Origin: an uncultured virus (IMG/VR IMGVR_UViG_3300042514_001512)
Taxonomy: Duplodnaviria; Heunggongvirae; Uroviricota; Caudoviricetes
Virus record (IMG/VR): IMGVR_UViG_3300042514_001512
Strand: one strand, 5' to 3'
DNA length: 56,912 nt
In this document: positions 12,401 through 22,166 of the stretch, in pieces
Position numbering within the stretch: position 1 is the stretch's first letter
How the letters are laid out: each line of letters opens with the position of its first letter
Made by a program: the position numbers and the translations under genes
Notes under the pieces: model-generated
What the model was told of the DNA's origin: nothing
What the model saw: the letters and a program-made list of their open reading frames with translations, nothing else
Database searches by the model: none

Positions 12401-12755
12401 ATTAACCATTTTAGGAGCGTCTCAAGTACCAAGTTGTTGTAATACTAACCTAAACTTACCTATAACATCCTATACTTGGTTTACTAATCTTGATACCTAC
12501 ACATCATCTGATATTACTCCCTGTATAGCCACTGGTTGTGGGGCAAATTTATACACAGCAACATCGACAATAGCTCCTGGAATTGTAATATATCAGGATA
12601 ATGCTTTAACAATACCATTTGTTGGCACTAATTATGGTCTTTCAGGTGGTGGATGGGGTAGATTGTTTTTATCAGATGATTGCCCAATAACTGGATTGAG
12701 AAATGTTGCACAAGTAAATGGTTCAGGACAAGTTCTAAGTAATTATACATGTTAA
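9462..12755 (+). CDS. Tail fibre/adhesin-like protein: SprB-like repeats, Pro/Thr stalk, probable beta-propeller tip
   Basis: Repeated GGTxPYxYxWSNG and LSAGTYxxxVTDxxGC (SprB-like); PT-rich linker at about 11596-11760; propeller-like blades (DIAHTTTKLWMY, SGDILLTTTNKILV, PYGIFIDSSKIYV). Confidence 0.7.
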   Translation: MSCTLLYTSAITGDCSNTNVGAFNININGSAPDYSIQWINPSSLGTIALGAGITQYEVTSLSAGTYTFNIIDSCIPTLTVVPVNVYISSGTCVSIDSHTNATCGQNNGSLTASTQNLYGISQFYLYDTINGYITSASSVTNTFAFDNMLSPGIYYVIGDDGGGCSGKSETCIVQSAETFDYGFYVVNDAGCAVNSGKIFITGLTGTPPYTYLWSNGETNSSISGLSASTYGVIVTDGNGCTISKSVTVLQVPLVGLGAFTSISPTCFASNGEITVTVTGGTAPYYFSGSNGTVYITFDQTYTFTNLASGVFTVQVTDAGLCNFVASTTLLPPGGFSIVGIGVNNSNCNNNGGSLNPIQLFGGSGNYTYDLQYPDGNNLVQSTTNQNWQFTGLSGGTYNLTISDGVCTFTSAYTINNTVQFNLTTTSTGTTCSFTNGAINLEISGSTGPYTYSINGSSLVSPLSAYTFSNLASGTYTASVTDFSGCQQTNSVLVAPSSNPNFILNATNTVNGSDGTITAYITNGVPPFTLNWSSNVNGQTGYTINSLSAGTYSLTVIDFNGCSTISSVIITGTNSVSSYQTYTICDTDFINSPNAIKTGPKQMLNEGFYDLTINDINCVLNEAIFEAIVSVSGNVLTQQFYAGTTLNEYPADNQFYDTITGLLLQFDGIASVDINPLTNTIQILTDCESLVSLSDAQVIINMKIYYDISCVSCPSPSPTPTLTPTPTNTPTPTVTLGLTPTPTNTSTPANTPTPTPTKTPTPTPLPIIPICSVLINNGVDVSAYFPSSNTNVFLGNSFPSSPDIAHTTTKLWMYDGSIIKEYNITLNPWSKTFNRNIAYPSGVSLGFGLGAISNSLLISTNVSVSPNQIITLDINTSTAVSTVIGTLGVGRTVSGDILLTTTNKILVTNQSTTGPFTSTYLTQYSYPSGAFEVEVDITSTIPFPYGIFIDSSKIYVCNSGGQIYKVNVNFPYAQTLFNNSGLTILGASQVPSCCNTNLNLPITSYTWFTNLDTYTSSDITPCIATGCGANLYTATSTIAPGIVIYQDNALTIPFVGTNYGLSGGGWGRLFLSDDCPITGLRNVAQVNGSGQVLSNYTC

Positions 12756-12786
12756 TATATGACAAACTCAATTAGTTTACTGGTAA

Positions 12787-12963
12787 TTAATCAATTGGGT
12801 TTTTTTTACCTAAACCACCATAAAGTCTCATAAGTTTTAGAGATTCATGATAGTTTTTTTCTAATCTGTCTAGTTCTTTTTCAGGGACACCTTTTTCACA
12901 GGCAACCTCATACGCATCTTTAGATTCAGAAACCAATTTTGATATTGTTTTTAGTAGTTTCAT
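12787..12963 (-). CDS. 58-aa late protein missing from the ORF track
   Basis: MKLLKTISKLVSESKDAYEVACEKGVPEKELDRLEKNYHESLKLMRLYGGLGKKNPID*; TATTTATA motif 4 nt upstream on the minus strand. Confidence 0.65.
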   Translation of the reverse strand: MKLLKTISKLVSESKDAYEVACEKGVPEKELDRLEKNYHESLKLMRLYGGLGKKNPID

Positions 12964-13034
12964 ATAGTATAAATATCTACCAAAACACCATTTATTAAGA
13001 TGGATGATTAATTATATTTATTTTAAAACATAAA

Positions 13035-14012
13035 ATGGATAAAAATTTAAGATTTGTATGTGCCCAACCTGATGTACCATATTTTTATTGGCAAGTTAGG
13101 GTGTACGTTGAAAATTTTATAGAAAAAGGTATTTTACCAAACCAAATACATGTTATTTTTGGTATAGTAACACCAAATACTGAACCAACTTCAGATTCGT
13201 TAAAATTAAAAGAATTGGGAATTAATATCCATCATTATTTAGATAACAGAGAACAAAAACATTATATTCCAAATATTAAGCCATTTTTAATTCATAAATG
13301 GTTAAAGGAATTCCCTCAACACGGAGAATGTTTTTTCTTACATGATGCTGATATAATTTTTAGAGAATTACCTGATTTTAAAACATTAATGGAGGATGAT
13401 GTTTTATATCTTTCAGATACTGTTGGTTATATTGGGTTTAATTACATTATGGATTGTTGTAAAAGATATGAATCTCATCACCCACAATCTAAACAAGGTC
13501 AATTACTACAAGAAATGGTTGATGTTATTGGTGTTACGACCGAATGTGTTGAATGTAATGAAAATAATTCAGGCGGTGGTCAATATTTGATTAAAAAAAC
13601 AGATTGGATGATTTGGGAAAAAATCTATATGGATTGTACGCCACTATATGACCAAATGATGGATTACCAAAAACGTTTCCCAATAAACCAAGGTGAAATA
13701 CAATTTTGGACTGCAGAAATGTGGTCTTTATTATGGAACTTATGGTATTTTGGAAAAGAAACTAAAGTAGTTAAAGATTTAGATTTTTCATGGGCAACCG
13801 ACTCAATTTCTATTTACGAACAAAGACCAATACTTCATATGGCGGGAGTAACTTCAGATATGAAAACAATTAAATTTTATAAAGGTGATTTTATTAATGT
13901 TAATCCATTAATTAAGTTAACAGAAAATTTTGAATATTTTGATTATGTTGAAGAACATAGTTCTACAAAAAAATATATAGATGTTATGAAATCTATAGTA
14001 AAAAAACAATAA
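13035..14012 (+). CDS. GT-A glycosyltransferase resembling plant protein O-glycosyltransferases (GT96 SERGT1 / GT95 HPAT-like)
   Basis: Ordered motifs PYFYWQ, YIPNIKPFLIHKWL, LHDADIIFR (DxD), GGGQYLI, WTAEMW, ILH parallel SERGT1-type YFDWQ, NKPxxxxHWL, LDADMI, WxxEMY. Confidence 0.6.
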   Translation: MDKNLRFVCAQPDVPYFYWQVRVYVENFIEKGILPNQIHVIFGIVTPNTEPTSDSLKLKELGINIHHYLDNREQKHYIPNIKPFLIHKWLKEFPQHGECFFLHDADIIFRELPDFKTLMEDDVLYLSDTVGYIGFNYIMDCCKRYESHHPQSKQGQLLQEMVDVIGVTTECVECNENNSGGGQYLIKKTDWMIWEKIYMDCTPLYDQMMDYQKRFPINQGEIQFWTAEMWSLLWNLWYFGKETKVVKDLDFSWATDSISIYEQRPILHMAGVTSDMKTIKFYKGDFINVNPLIKLTENFEYFDYVEEHSSTKKYIDVMKSIVKKQ

Positions 14013-14017
14013 TCTGA

Positions 14018-14036
14018 TTATTTATAGTATAAATAA
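14018..14036 (+). promoter_or_regulatory. Putative late promoter TATTTATA inside a perfect inverted repeat
   Basis: TTATTTATA-G-TATAAATAA, 2 nt before ATG 14039. Confidence 0.55.
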
Positions 14037-14038
14037 CA

Positions 14039-15442
14039 ATGACTAACACGACATCTTTACTTCAACAAAAAAACGAATGTGATGTAATTACAATATTTCC
14101 AATGACCGTTGAGTGTTTAGTTAACAATCCGTCATCACAAAATGCGACTGATGGTAGCTTATCTATTTCTATAACAGGAGGAACACCACCATACATAGTT
14201 GCTTGGAGTAATGGTAATATATCTCCGGCAATTAATAATTTAGGTGCTGGTAGTTATACAGCAATAGTTACTGACTATTCTTGGTCAGGGAGTGGTCCTG
14301 ATTATACGGCAACTACAACATGTGTGTTAACCGCACCTATAATACCTGTAACACCAACACCTACACCAACGGTTGTGCCTGTATTACTCTATGATATTTG
14401 TTTAACAGTGTATATACAACCAAGTAATTATCAAATGCACTTTAATCCTAATGGTATATATAATGGTATATATAGTAGTGGTTATCAATCATGGATATCA
14501 GATGACTCAGTATACCAAATTGTTTGGGCTACAATAGACAATCGATGGAGGGTAATTCCGAACACAACAAACCCTGGTGGTGGAAGTGTTTATATGTTAC
14601 AATCACCATCACCATATCCGCCTTTAACGGGATGGTATGTAATTGGAGCATTAGGAACTGTTGTGTCAAATCAAGGTCTTTGTGTGCCGTTACCAAGTAA
14701 CCCGTCATTTACATATTCACTTACTCAACCGACTTGTACATGTGATGGTAATATAATTATAACGGCTTCTAATGGAACACCACCATATCAGTACTCAGTT
14801 GATAATGGAGTGACATTCACTAGTAATTCAGGGCTCTTCACAGGAAAATGTCCTGGAACTTATAGTTTACAAATTAAGGATTCGTTAAATAATTTAAGTA
14901 CTGTTTCTACGGCTACCTTAAATAATTTTATTGGAACAACAACATATACTCTTAGTTTGTCACCGACAGTTATTGTAACTGTAAACAATAACACAACTTT
15001 AACAAGACAATTTACTGCTACCGTAAATGTTTCACCACCAATCCCTGTTGGAACAACAATTACGTTTGATGCACAACACATAAATCAGTTTGGTAGAGGG
15101 CCTGCCCCAACTGATGCGACTATTGTGACTAATAGTGTTTTAACTAAAAATTCAACAGTAATACCAATAACTTCAAGCCCGTCATCAAGTAATACTACAA
15201 CACAAATAGGTGCCGGTTGTCAATCGGCGGCATTAAATAATACAGGTCAAATTGATAACTGGGTTTCGGTGTCAATGACAAATGGTGATACCATGGTTAT
15301 TAATACCACAACAACTATGACTAAAATACAACCAGTACCTAATTGTTTCTTCGCAGAATTCGGTGACACATTTTTTGCGGTAAATGGGGTTATTAATGGA
15401 TGTAGTTGTTGTAGGTTAATTATGCCAAGTAAAGCGGTATAA
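14039..15442 (+). CDS. SprB-repeat virion/fibre protein
   Basis: GGTPPYIVAWSNG...LGAGSYTAIVTD and GTPPYQYSVDNG...PGTYSLQIKD repeats; short PTPTPT linker; Cys-rich. Confidence 0.6.
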   Translation: MTNTTSLLQQKNECDVITIFPMTVECLVNNPSSQNATDGSLSISITGGTPPYIVAWSNGNISPAINNLGAGSYTAIVTDYSWSGSGPDYTATTTCVLTAPIIPVTPTPTPTVVPVLLYDICLTVYIQPSNYQMHFNPNGIYNGIYSSGYQSWISDDSVYQIVWATIDNRWRVIPNTTNPGGGSVYMLQSPSPYPPLTGWYVIGALGTVVSNQGLCVPLPSNPSFTYSLTQPTCTCDGNIIITASNGTPPYQYSVDNGVTFTSNSGLFTGKCPGTYSLQIKDSLNNLSTVSTATLNNFIGTTTYTLSLSPTVIVTVNNNTTLTRQFTATVNVSPPIPVGTTITFDAQHINQFGRGPAPTDATIVTNSVLTKNSTVIPITSSPSSSNTTTQIGAGCQSAALNNTGQIDNWVSVSMTNGDTMVINTTTTMTKIQPVPNCFFAEFGDTFFAVNGVINGCSCCRLIMPSKAV

Positions 15443-15460
15443 TAAAATAAAAATTAAGGA

Positions 15461-15468
15461 TATTTATA
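15461..15468 (+). promoter_or_regulatory. Putative late promoter TATTTATA
   Basis: 3 nt upstream of the structural gene ATG; the motif recurs before many virion-like genes. Confidence 0.6.
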
Positions 15469-15471
15469 AAC

Positions 15472-17904
15472 ATGACTTATATATTAAAAAATACCTCGGG
15501 ATTAATTAATACTAGATTAACAGACACTGGAAGACAAAAATTATCTCAAGGCAACTTTAACATCGAGTATTTTCAAATTGGTGACGGAGAAGTTTCATAT
15601 AACTCTTTACCAAGTTCATACAATCAAGCTAATACAAACATATTTGAACCTAATTTTAATTCACAAAATTCAGCACCAACACAATCAAATAAACAATATG
15701 TAAAATATCCTTATTATGTTGATGGTGTAACAGGTAATACTTATGGTATTCCGTATTCAGACCCTGTAGTTTCTCCGGTATATAACCGAGCGGCAATGAG
15801 AGGATTTTTTACGGCAGACCTTAGTGCTACAACAATTAATTGGAGCGCAATTACAAATAGTTCTCATGTTATTAATTCTAATTATGTTGTTGATATGTCA
15901 GAATTAACCGGCGGTACCACTATTATGTTAATTTATTCAGGTTGTAACACCAATATTGTTAGAATGCCTGCTATAGGTGATTTATTAACAATCTATTATG
16001 ATGGTAATGGTGAACACAATTGTGCCTGTAGTACTTACCCAACGCCAAGCCCAACACCTTCACCAACCCCAACTCCAACCCCATCATATGACCCTTGTAT
16101 CTTACCACCAACACCAACTCCGTCACCAACATTTTGTCCAATAACACCGACACCAAATTGTGACCCTGTTGTGGAACCAGAATGTCTTATGGATATGAGT
16201 AGTTGTTACCCAATGATGACCTATAAAATTGTCGATATTTGTTTAGGTGTTTACACATTAGATAGGCCAACACCTAATTTTTCAGGAAGTTCAAATGTTT
16301 GTTATGCGAGAACTATCGTATATCCGCCAAATATGACATCACTTTATGATACACTAACACCATGTAAACATTGGAATGAGGATGTTATTAATTTTGAGTC
16401 TGTTTGTTATACAGATGAGTTTGATGTTAAAATTTGGAATATGAATATTCCATGGTCGGAAAATCCTGCGGGGTTAATTCCGACAATAAATGAAGGATTT
16501 GCGGATTTTGGTTCAGCGACATATATCGGGTCAAAAGAATATTTGGGTTATATGTCGAATAGTGGGCAGACTGACAGCAGTTCAGTATACTACTACAACT
16601 CTTTCGATGAAAAAGTTACTGTACAACCAAAAGACCAAAAATCTATCGCCATTATTCACTATACAAATCAAAGTATTGATTTCTTTTATGGTGAAAAATT
16701 TGCATTAGAACCTTATGACCCTACGGCACCCGCTAATACTATTGGGCAAGCAAGAAACTTTAGACTACATATTCCATGGCTTATGTGGCATAAAAATCCT
16801 GAATGTTGTTTAGGTGAAACTTTTTGGGTTGACCCTCCAGGGTATGACGGATTAAATTTATTTCAAGTACAATACTTGAAATCTACTAAGAATGCGGATA
16901 TGAATAACCCTGGTATGAGATACTACCAATTATGGGATACTAATACAAATGATGACGGGTTCCCAAGTAGAGTTGGTAAAGTTTTTCCTGACCAAAAAAT
17001 TATAGTGATTGATGATGAAGAGATTATTGCTGCTATGTCTTATAAATCAAATCGTAATTGGACTCTACCTTCACCAAAACTTACTTTAGTTGCTCCAAAT
17101 ACATGTGGTACTAATAATACTTCATATATTGGTGTGTTAACAGGTGATACTGAGTATATGTATGTAACTTATAGAATTAGTAATACGATTAATTTTACTA
17201 ATTCATTACATTGTAACTATTATACTAGAATACAAGGTCCAAATTTAACTTGTGTACCAAGTGCGTCGCAAAACGTATCAATTAGGTTTGGTCCGGAGTT
17301 TGGTTGTTTAAATCAACCAGATTATACACCAACAACTACAACAACTACAACTACAACAACATTATGTCCATCTGTTTGTTATACGCCACAAGGATTTTAC
17401 GGTGATAAATTTGAAATTATATGTCAAAAAGTTATTGGTGATATTAGACCTGATTCGTCCGAGTGGAAAATAATCGATGTAACATCACAATTAAGTGCAA
17501 CAACCGTTGGAGGGTATATTACTCAAAACGGTATAACAGGTAATACATTTACTATTACTCAAGATGATTATGATAATGCGCCTTATTACGATTTAAATAC
17601 CTATATACCTCTAACCCCTGTTGGAAGCACTACACCATCTTTAAATTTTGGGGACGAATATTATTTCTACGGTTCATTAGAAACGGATATTCAAGCTACA
17701 ATATATGAGATGAGGTATAAAATTAATTTAGGTGTTGCGGAATTTCAGGCAACTTCAAACCCAACATGGACTCAAGGGACTGACTCATATATAACTGATA
17801 TTGGTCTTTACGATTCTGATAAGAATCTTATGATTATATCAAAGATGCAATCACCTGTTTTAAGACAAGGGATTCAACAGTTCCTGGTTAAATTTGATTT
17901 CTAA
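15472..17904 (+). CDS. Baseplate/tail-fibre attachment (collar-like) protein
   Basis: N-terminal LTDTGRQKL and C-terminal ITDIGLYDSDKNLMIISK resemble tail-collar/fibre attachment motifs; internal SPTP and poly-Thr tracts. Confidence 0.55.
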   Translation: MTYILKNTSGLINTRLTDTGRQKLSQGNFNIEYFQIGDGEVSYNSLPSSYNQANTNIFEPNFNSQNSAPTQSNKQYVKYPYYVDGVTGNTYGIPYSDPVVSPVYNRAAMRGFFTADLSATTINWSAITNSSHVINSNYVVDMSELTGGTTIMLIYSGCNTNIVRMPAIGDLLTIYYDGNGEHNCACSTYPTPSPTPSPTPTPTPSYDPCILPPTPTPSPTFCPITPTPNCDPVVEPECLMDMSSCYPMMTYKIVDICLGVYTLDRPTPNFSGSSNVCYARTIVYPPNMTSLYDTLTPCKHWNEDVINFESVCYTDEFDVKIWNMNIPWSENPAGLIPTINEGFADFGSATYIGSKEYLGYMSNSGQTDSSSVYYYNSFDEKVTVQPKDQKSIAIIHYTNQSIDFFYGEKFALEPYDPTAPANTIGQARNFRLHIPWLMWHKNPECCLGETFWVDPPGYDGLNLFQVQYLKSTKNADMNNPGMRYYQLWDTNTNDDGFPSRVGKVFPDQKIIVIDDEEIIAAMSYKSNRNWTLPSPKLTLVAPNTCGTNNTSYIGVLTGDTEYMYVTYRISNTINFTNSLHCNYYTRIQGPNLTCVPSASQNVSIRFGPEFGCLNQPDYTPTTTTTTTTTTLCPSVCYTPQGFYGDKFEIICQKVIGDIRPDSSEWKIIDVTSQLSATTVGGYITQNGITGNTFTITQDDYDNAPYYDLNTYIPLTPVGSTTPSLNFGDEYYFYGSLETDIQATIYEMRYKINLGVAEFQATSNPTWTQGTDSYITDIGLYDSDKNLMIISKMQSPVLRQGIQQFLVKFDF

Positions 17905-17950
17905 TTTTAGGGTTGGATATAATCACTAAAACTTTTTTATAGAACAAAAA

Positions 17951-18553
17951 ATGATTAGAAATAAATTAAAAGAAAGTCCAAAAGTATTAGGTCTTGATGT
18001 ATCAACTCGAACAATCGGTGTTGCATTATTTGATATACAAAGTAGAGAATTATTAGAATTAACTCACGTATCGCCAGTTCCAAAACCAAAAGAAGAGTCT
18101 AAAATTAAAGAATTATTACTTAAGAGTGATATTTTTAGAAATAAGTTAATTGAATATAAAGACTTAGGTATTGTTAAGGTTATTATTGAAGAACCATTAT
18201 TAAATTCTAATAATGTTTATACTATTAGTATTTTATTAAGATATAATACCTTAATTACTAAAGAAATTTATGATGTTTTAGGTATTGTACCTGAATTTAT
18301 ATCCACCTATAATTCACGTAAGTTCGCTTACCCTGAATTAGTTAGAGAAAACAACAAAAATAAGTTTGTTTTATTTGGGGGATTCCCAAAAGACTGTGAT
18401 AAAAAACAAATTATATGGGAACAAGTCGCAAAAAGGGAACCACAAATACAGTGGTTATATACTCGAAACAATACATTAAAGAAAGAGAACTTTGACCAAA
18501 CAGATGCCTATACTTGTGTGTTAGGGTATATGAGACAAGAAAAACTTTGGTAA
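17951..18553 (+). CDS. RuvC-like Holliday junction resolvase
   Basis: VLGLDVSTRTIG, IIEE and C-terminal DQTDA give the acidic RNase H-fold catalytic pattern. Confidence 0.75.
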   Translation: MIRNKLKESPKVLGLDVSTRTIGVALFDIQSRELLELTHVSPVPKPKEESKIKELLLKSDIFRNKLIEYKDLGIVKVIIEEPLLNSNNVYTISILLRYNTLITKEIYDVLGIVPEFISTYNSRKFAYPELVRENNKNKFVLFGGFPKDCDKKQIIWEQVAKREPQIQWLYTRNNTLKKENFDQTDAYTCVLGYMRQEKLW

Positions 18554-18579
18554 TATCGTGTAAATAACCGATAATATAG

Positions 18580-18610
18580 AATATCGTCTTTTTAGACGAT
18601 ATTTTTTTTT
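18580..18610 (+). terminator. Intrinsic terminator between convergent genes
   Basis: AATATCGTCT-ttt-AGACGATATT followed by a T-run. Confidence 0.75.
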
Positions 18611-18636
18611 ACCTTAAAGTTTTGATTTACTCAATT

Positions 18637-21600
18637 TTATACAGTAGTTGAGGTTATTATAATTGGAACACCACAGTTTGCGGTTGTTACTGTAAAAGAA
18701 TAGTTTATTTCAAAAACTTGGTCAATAGATAATACAGAGTTGTTGTATGAACCAATACTTAATTGAGCATTAGAAATAAACGAAGTACAAAATGATGAAG
18801 GTACCATTGCCTGTAAATAAAGTGATACCACATCACCTGTTTGAACTGGAAAAGTATTTGAATAGACGCCCTGTGATAAACTAGATTGAAACGTATATAC
18901 TATAACACCATTAACTTTTATATTACCCGTTGTCCAAGAACAATAAGTTTTTGTGTGAGTGTAAGACATGGTACAAGGTTGTGGTGTTACAGTTGTGGTT
19001 GTTGTAGTTGTTGGTGTTGCCGCAGCAGAACAAGCATTACAACTAGGGTATGTTGAGAAACCAGTAAAGTAATTACCAGACCAAGTAATTACATTTGTAT
19101 TTGGGGAAAATTGTCCCGGTGAACATAAGGAAGAGCCAATAAATTTCCAACACACCCCTGTAGTAGGGTTACGTAAAACATTCCCAACAATAGTTGTTGG
19201 TGTTGCCGGTACAGTTTGAACTACGACCTGCAGGGTACTAGATGAATTGTTACTATTGTTAGTACAATCTGTAAACACATAATAAGTTAAACATGGAGTT
19301 GGAGTTACGGTTGGTGATGGTGTTGGAGGTAATCCTGATGTTACGGTAGGAGTTGGCGTTTGTGTTGGTGTTTGGGTTGGCGTATTTGTTGGTGTACTTG
19401 TTGGCGTAATAACACAGTTTAAACAATCACCTAAATTAGAAAAACCAAAAGGACCTGCAAGTAAATCCATTTGGTTAATACCTATGATATCGTTGTTTAC
19501 CCCAATATAACTCACACATTTTGACACACCATCAACAAGTGATTCAAAAACCATATATATTTCTATATCAAGACCTGGAGTTGGGTTCTCAAGGACACTT
19601 GTTGTATAATACATACTACCATTAAAACAGTCTTGGAATTGTTTACTTGATGGACATTTAATTAAGTCATTAACAGTATTAAATGTTACGTTTCCTAAAA
19701 AGTCACACGGTCTGTCAATTGCGGGTGTAGGTGTTGGTGTGGTTGTTACTGTAGGTGTTGGTGTTGGTGTAATAGAACTAATCGTTGCATCAACACTAAC
19801 ATTTGAACATACATTTATTGGTGTCTGAGTAGGTGTCTGAGTAGGTGTTGGTGTCTGAGTAGGCGTTGGTGTTGGTGTAGGAGTATAGTCACAATCAAAT
19901 AATGCGGTAAAGTCAACATCACACGGTAATGTAGGCGTTGGCGTTGGTGTAGGACAAATACCTGCAAGTAAATTGTCGTCACATAAATCAGGACAAATAC
20001 TATAACAAGGTGATTTACCTGATAATAAACAAATACCACCTAAACTGGTCGATAAACACCATTGAGTGTTTGTTGTGTCATAATAAATAAATAATGAATT
20101 TAATGTACCAACCCAATAAAAATTAATACCATAAGCACCAACTCTTACGTAGTTATCGTTCCATAAGGCATTACCAGTATCATATAAACAATAGTTTATC
20201 ACCGTACAAAAACCTACAGGTATTGATGTTTCAGTTGGTGTTGGTGTTGGTGTTTCAGTTGGAGTAGGGGTATTTGTTGGTGTTTGGGTTGGAGTTTCGG
20301 TTGGTGTTGGTGTTTCAGTTGGGGTTTGTGTCAACCCATTTGTTGGTGTATTTGTTGGCGTTTCAGTTGGTGTTGGAGTGTTAGTTGGTGTTTGGGTTGG
20401 AGTTTCAGTTGGAGTATTTGTTGGAGTATTTGTTGGAGTATTTGTTGGTGTTTCAGTTGGTGTTGGTGTTGGTGTTTCATTTGGAGTTGGAGTATTTGTT
20501 GGGGTTGGAGTATTCGTTGGTGTTTCAGTTGGCGTATTTGTTGGTGTTTCAGTATTTGTTGGAGTATTTGTTGGTGTTTCAGTTGGTGTTGGAGTGTTAG
20601 TTGGTGTTTGGGTTGGAGTTTCAGTTGGAGTATTTGTTGGAGTATTTGTTGGAGTATTTGTTGGTGTTTCAGTTGGCGTTGGTGTAACTGTTGGTGTTGT
20701 AGTATTTGTTGGAGTATTTGTTGGTGTAGGTGTATTTGTTGGAGTTTCAGTTGGTGTATTTGTTGGTGTTACAGTATTTGTTGGGGTAACTGTTGATGTA
20801 GGTGTGTTTGTTGGGGTATTTGTTGGGGTATTAGTCGGCGTTTGAGTCGGCGTTTGAGTCGGAGTATTTGTTGGAGTTACAGTATTTGTTGGAGTATTAG
20901 TTACAGTATTTGTTGGAGTATTTGTTGGAGTATTTGTTGGAGTATTTGTTGGTGTTTCAGTTGGAGTATTTGTTGGAGTTACAGTGTTTGTTGGAGTATT
21001 AGTTGGCGTAGATGTTGGAGTTTCAGTTGGGCTTGGTGTAGGAGTATTTGTTGGAGTTATTGTATTTGTTGGTGTTACAGTATTAGTTGGAGTATTAGTT
21101 GGAGTATTAGTCGGTGTATTAGTTGGTGTATTTGTTGGAGTTACAGTATTAGTTGGCGTTATTGTATTTGTTGGTGTTGAAGTATTTGTTGGAGTATTAG
21201 TTGGAGTTGTTGTTGGTGTTGGTGGAGGATTTGTTGAGGTAAGAGTTGGGGTGGGTGTTGGAGTTTCAGTTGGACTTGGTGTAGGAGTATTTGTTGGAGT
21301 TACAGTATTTGTTGGTGTTGGTGTATTTGATGGTGTTGAAGTATTTGTTGGTGTTATTGTATTTGTTGGTGTTGATGTATTTGTTGGCGTTATTGTATTT
21401 GTTGGTGTTACAGTATTAGTTGGAGTATTAGTCGGCGTATTAGTCGGCGTATTAGTTGGAGTATTAGTTGGAGTTGGAGTTGGTGTTGGGGTTTGGGTTG
21501 GAGTGTTAGTTGGAGTTGGAGTTGGGGTAGGTGTTGGGCTAAGTGGTGGTGTACAATACCAACTTGGAGCATTACACATGTTTAGAGTAACAGTTACAGT

Positions 21601-22122
21601 TGAATAAGTTGCGTTAGTTTTAACGTCATTAACATAATAATATGGAGTTGGGTTTAGTATAGAAACGCACATGCTGTATATACCATTCACCTCAAATGGG
21701 TATGATAAAGTTTCTCCAATCTGACAATCATACATGTCAACAAATATTACTAAGTCAATTGAAGGGTCAGTATTACCTGTGGCACTATTTAAGTCCTTAT
21801 TATCAATATAAATGTCAACACACGTACAATTTGGTAATGGTATAATATCGGGACTATCACATTTTCCAGTATGGTCGACCATACAAGCGGCACAACCACC
21901 TCCAGGTGTATACTCAAAATAGGTGTTAACACTATTATAGTTAGTTTCAACACCTGTCGCTCTGGCCTCCCAGCATATATCATTTGTATCATAATAAAAG
22001 TTACCTACAATAAACTCTGAGTCCGCAACTGCATCAATTGTTGGTGTACATGGCCTAATAATTATTGAAGTGTCATAACAACATCTTAAAAATACTGTAT
22101 TACATTCTGGTTGTTGCGGCAT
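18637..22122 (-). CDS. Mucin/extensin-like Cys-rich putative virion surface protein
   Basis: 1161 aa; Cys-rich globular segments separated by PT-rich tracts, including one of about 440 aa ([12 protein letters not shown]); upstream TATTTATA motif. Confidence 0.7.
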   Translation of the reverse strand: MPQQPECNTVFLRCCYDTSIIIRPCTPTIDAVADSEFIVGNFYYDTNDICWEARATGVETNYNSVNTYFEYTPGGGCAACMVDHTGKCDSPDIIPLPNCTCVDIYIDNKDLNSATGNTDPSIDLVIFVDMYDCQIGETLSYPFEVNGIYSMCVSILNPTPYYYVNDVKTNATYSTVTVTLNMCNAPSWYCTPPLSPTPTPTPTPTNTPTQTPTPTPTPTNTPTNTPTNTPTNTPTNTVTPTNTITPTNTSTPTNTITPTNTSTPSNTPTPTNTVTPTNTPTPSPTETPTPTPTLTSTNPPPTPTTTPTNTPTNTSTPTNTITPTNTVTPTNTPTNTPTNTPTNTPTNTVTPTNTITPTNTPTPSPTETPTSTPTNTPTNTVTPTNTPTETPTNTPTNTPTNTPTNTVTNTPTNTVTPTNTPTQTPTQTPTNTPTNTPTNTPTSTVTPTNTVTPTNTPTETPTNTPTPTNTPTNTTTPTVTPTPTETPTNTPTNTPTNTPTETPTQTPTNTPTPTETPTNTPTNTETPTNTPTETPTNTPTPTNTPTPNETPTPTPTETPTNTPTNTPTNTPTETPTQTPTNTPTPTETPTNTPTNGLTQTPTETPTPTETPTQTPTNTPTPTETPTPTPTETSIPVGFCTVINYCLYDTGNALWNDNYVRVGAYGINFYWVGTLNSLFIYYDTTNTQWCLSTSLGGICLLSGKSPCYSICPDLCDDNLLAGICPTPTPTPTLPCDVDFTALFDCDYTPTPTPTPTQTPTPTQTPTQTPINVCSNVSVDATISSITPTPTPTVTTTPTPTPAIDRPCDFLGNVTFNTVNDLIKCPSSKQFQDCFNGSMYYTTSVLENPTPGLDIEIYMVFESLVDGVSKCVSYIGVNNDIIGINQMDLLAGPFGFSNLGDCLNCVITPTSTPTNTPTQTPTQTPTPTVTSGLPPTPSPTVTPTPCLTYYVFTDCTNNSNNSSSTLQVVVQTVPATPTTIVGNVLRNPTTGVCWKFIGSSLCSPGQFSPNTNVITWSGNYFTGFSTYPSCNACSAAATPTTTTTTTVTPQPCTMSYTHTKTYCSWTTGNIKVNGVIVYTFQSSLSQGVYSNTFPVQTGDVVSLYLQAMVPSSFCTSFISNAQLSIGSYNNSVLSIDQVFEINYSFTVTTANCGVPIIITSTTV
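20228..21540 (-). repeat. Coding tandem-repeat tract (12/18-bp units) encoding the Pro/Thr stalk
   Basis: Units such as GTATTTGTTGGA and GTTTCAGTTGGT on the + strand, with a near-identical ~100-bp block at 20361 and 20577. Confidence 0.9.
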
Positions 22123-22158
22123 TTATTTTAGTTTTTTTGTTATATGGTTATCTCAGTC

Positions 22159-22166
22159 TATAAATA
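22159..22166 (-). promoter_or_regulatory. Putative late promoter TATTTATA
   Basis: 36 nt upstream of the mucin-like gene start, in sense orientation. Confidence 0.55.

Noticed and set aside
20228..21540. Repeat tract as a CRISPR array
   Set aside because: Units are short, degenerate, in-frame coding repeats with no unique spacers and no cas genes.
20284..21607. Long + strand ORFs (VGVFVGV..., WSICWSIC..., LEYLLEY...)
   Set aside because: Antisense shadows of the Pro/Thr repeat in the minus-strand gene; the repeat simply lacks stop codons.
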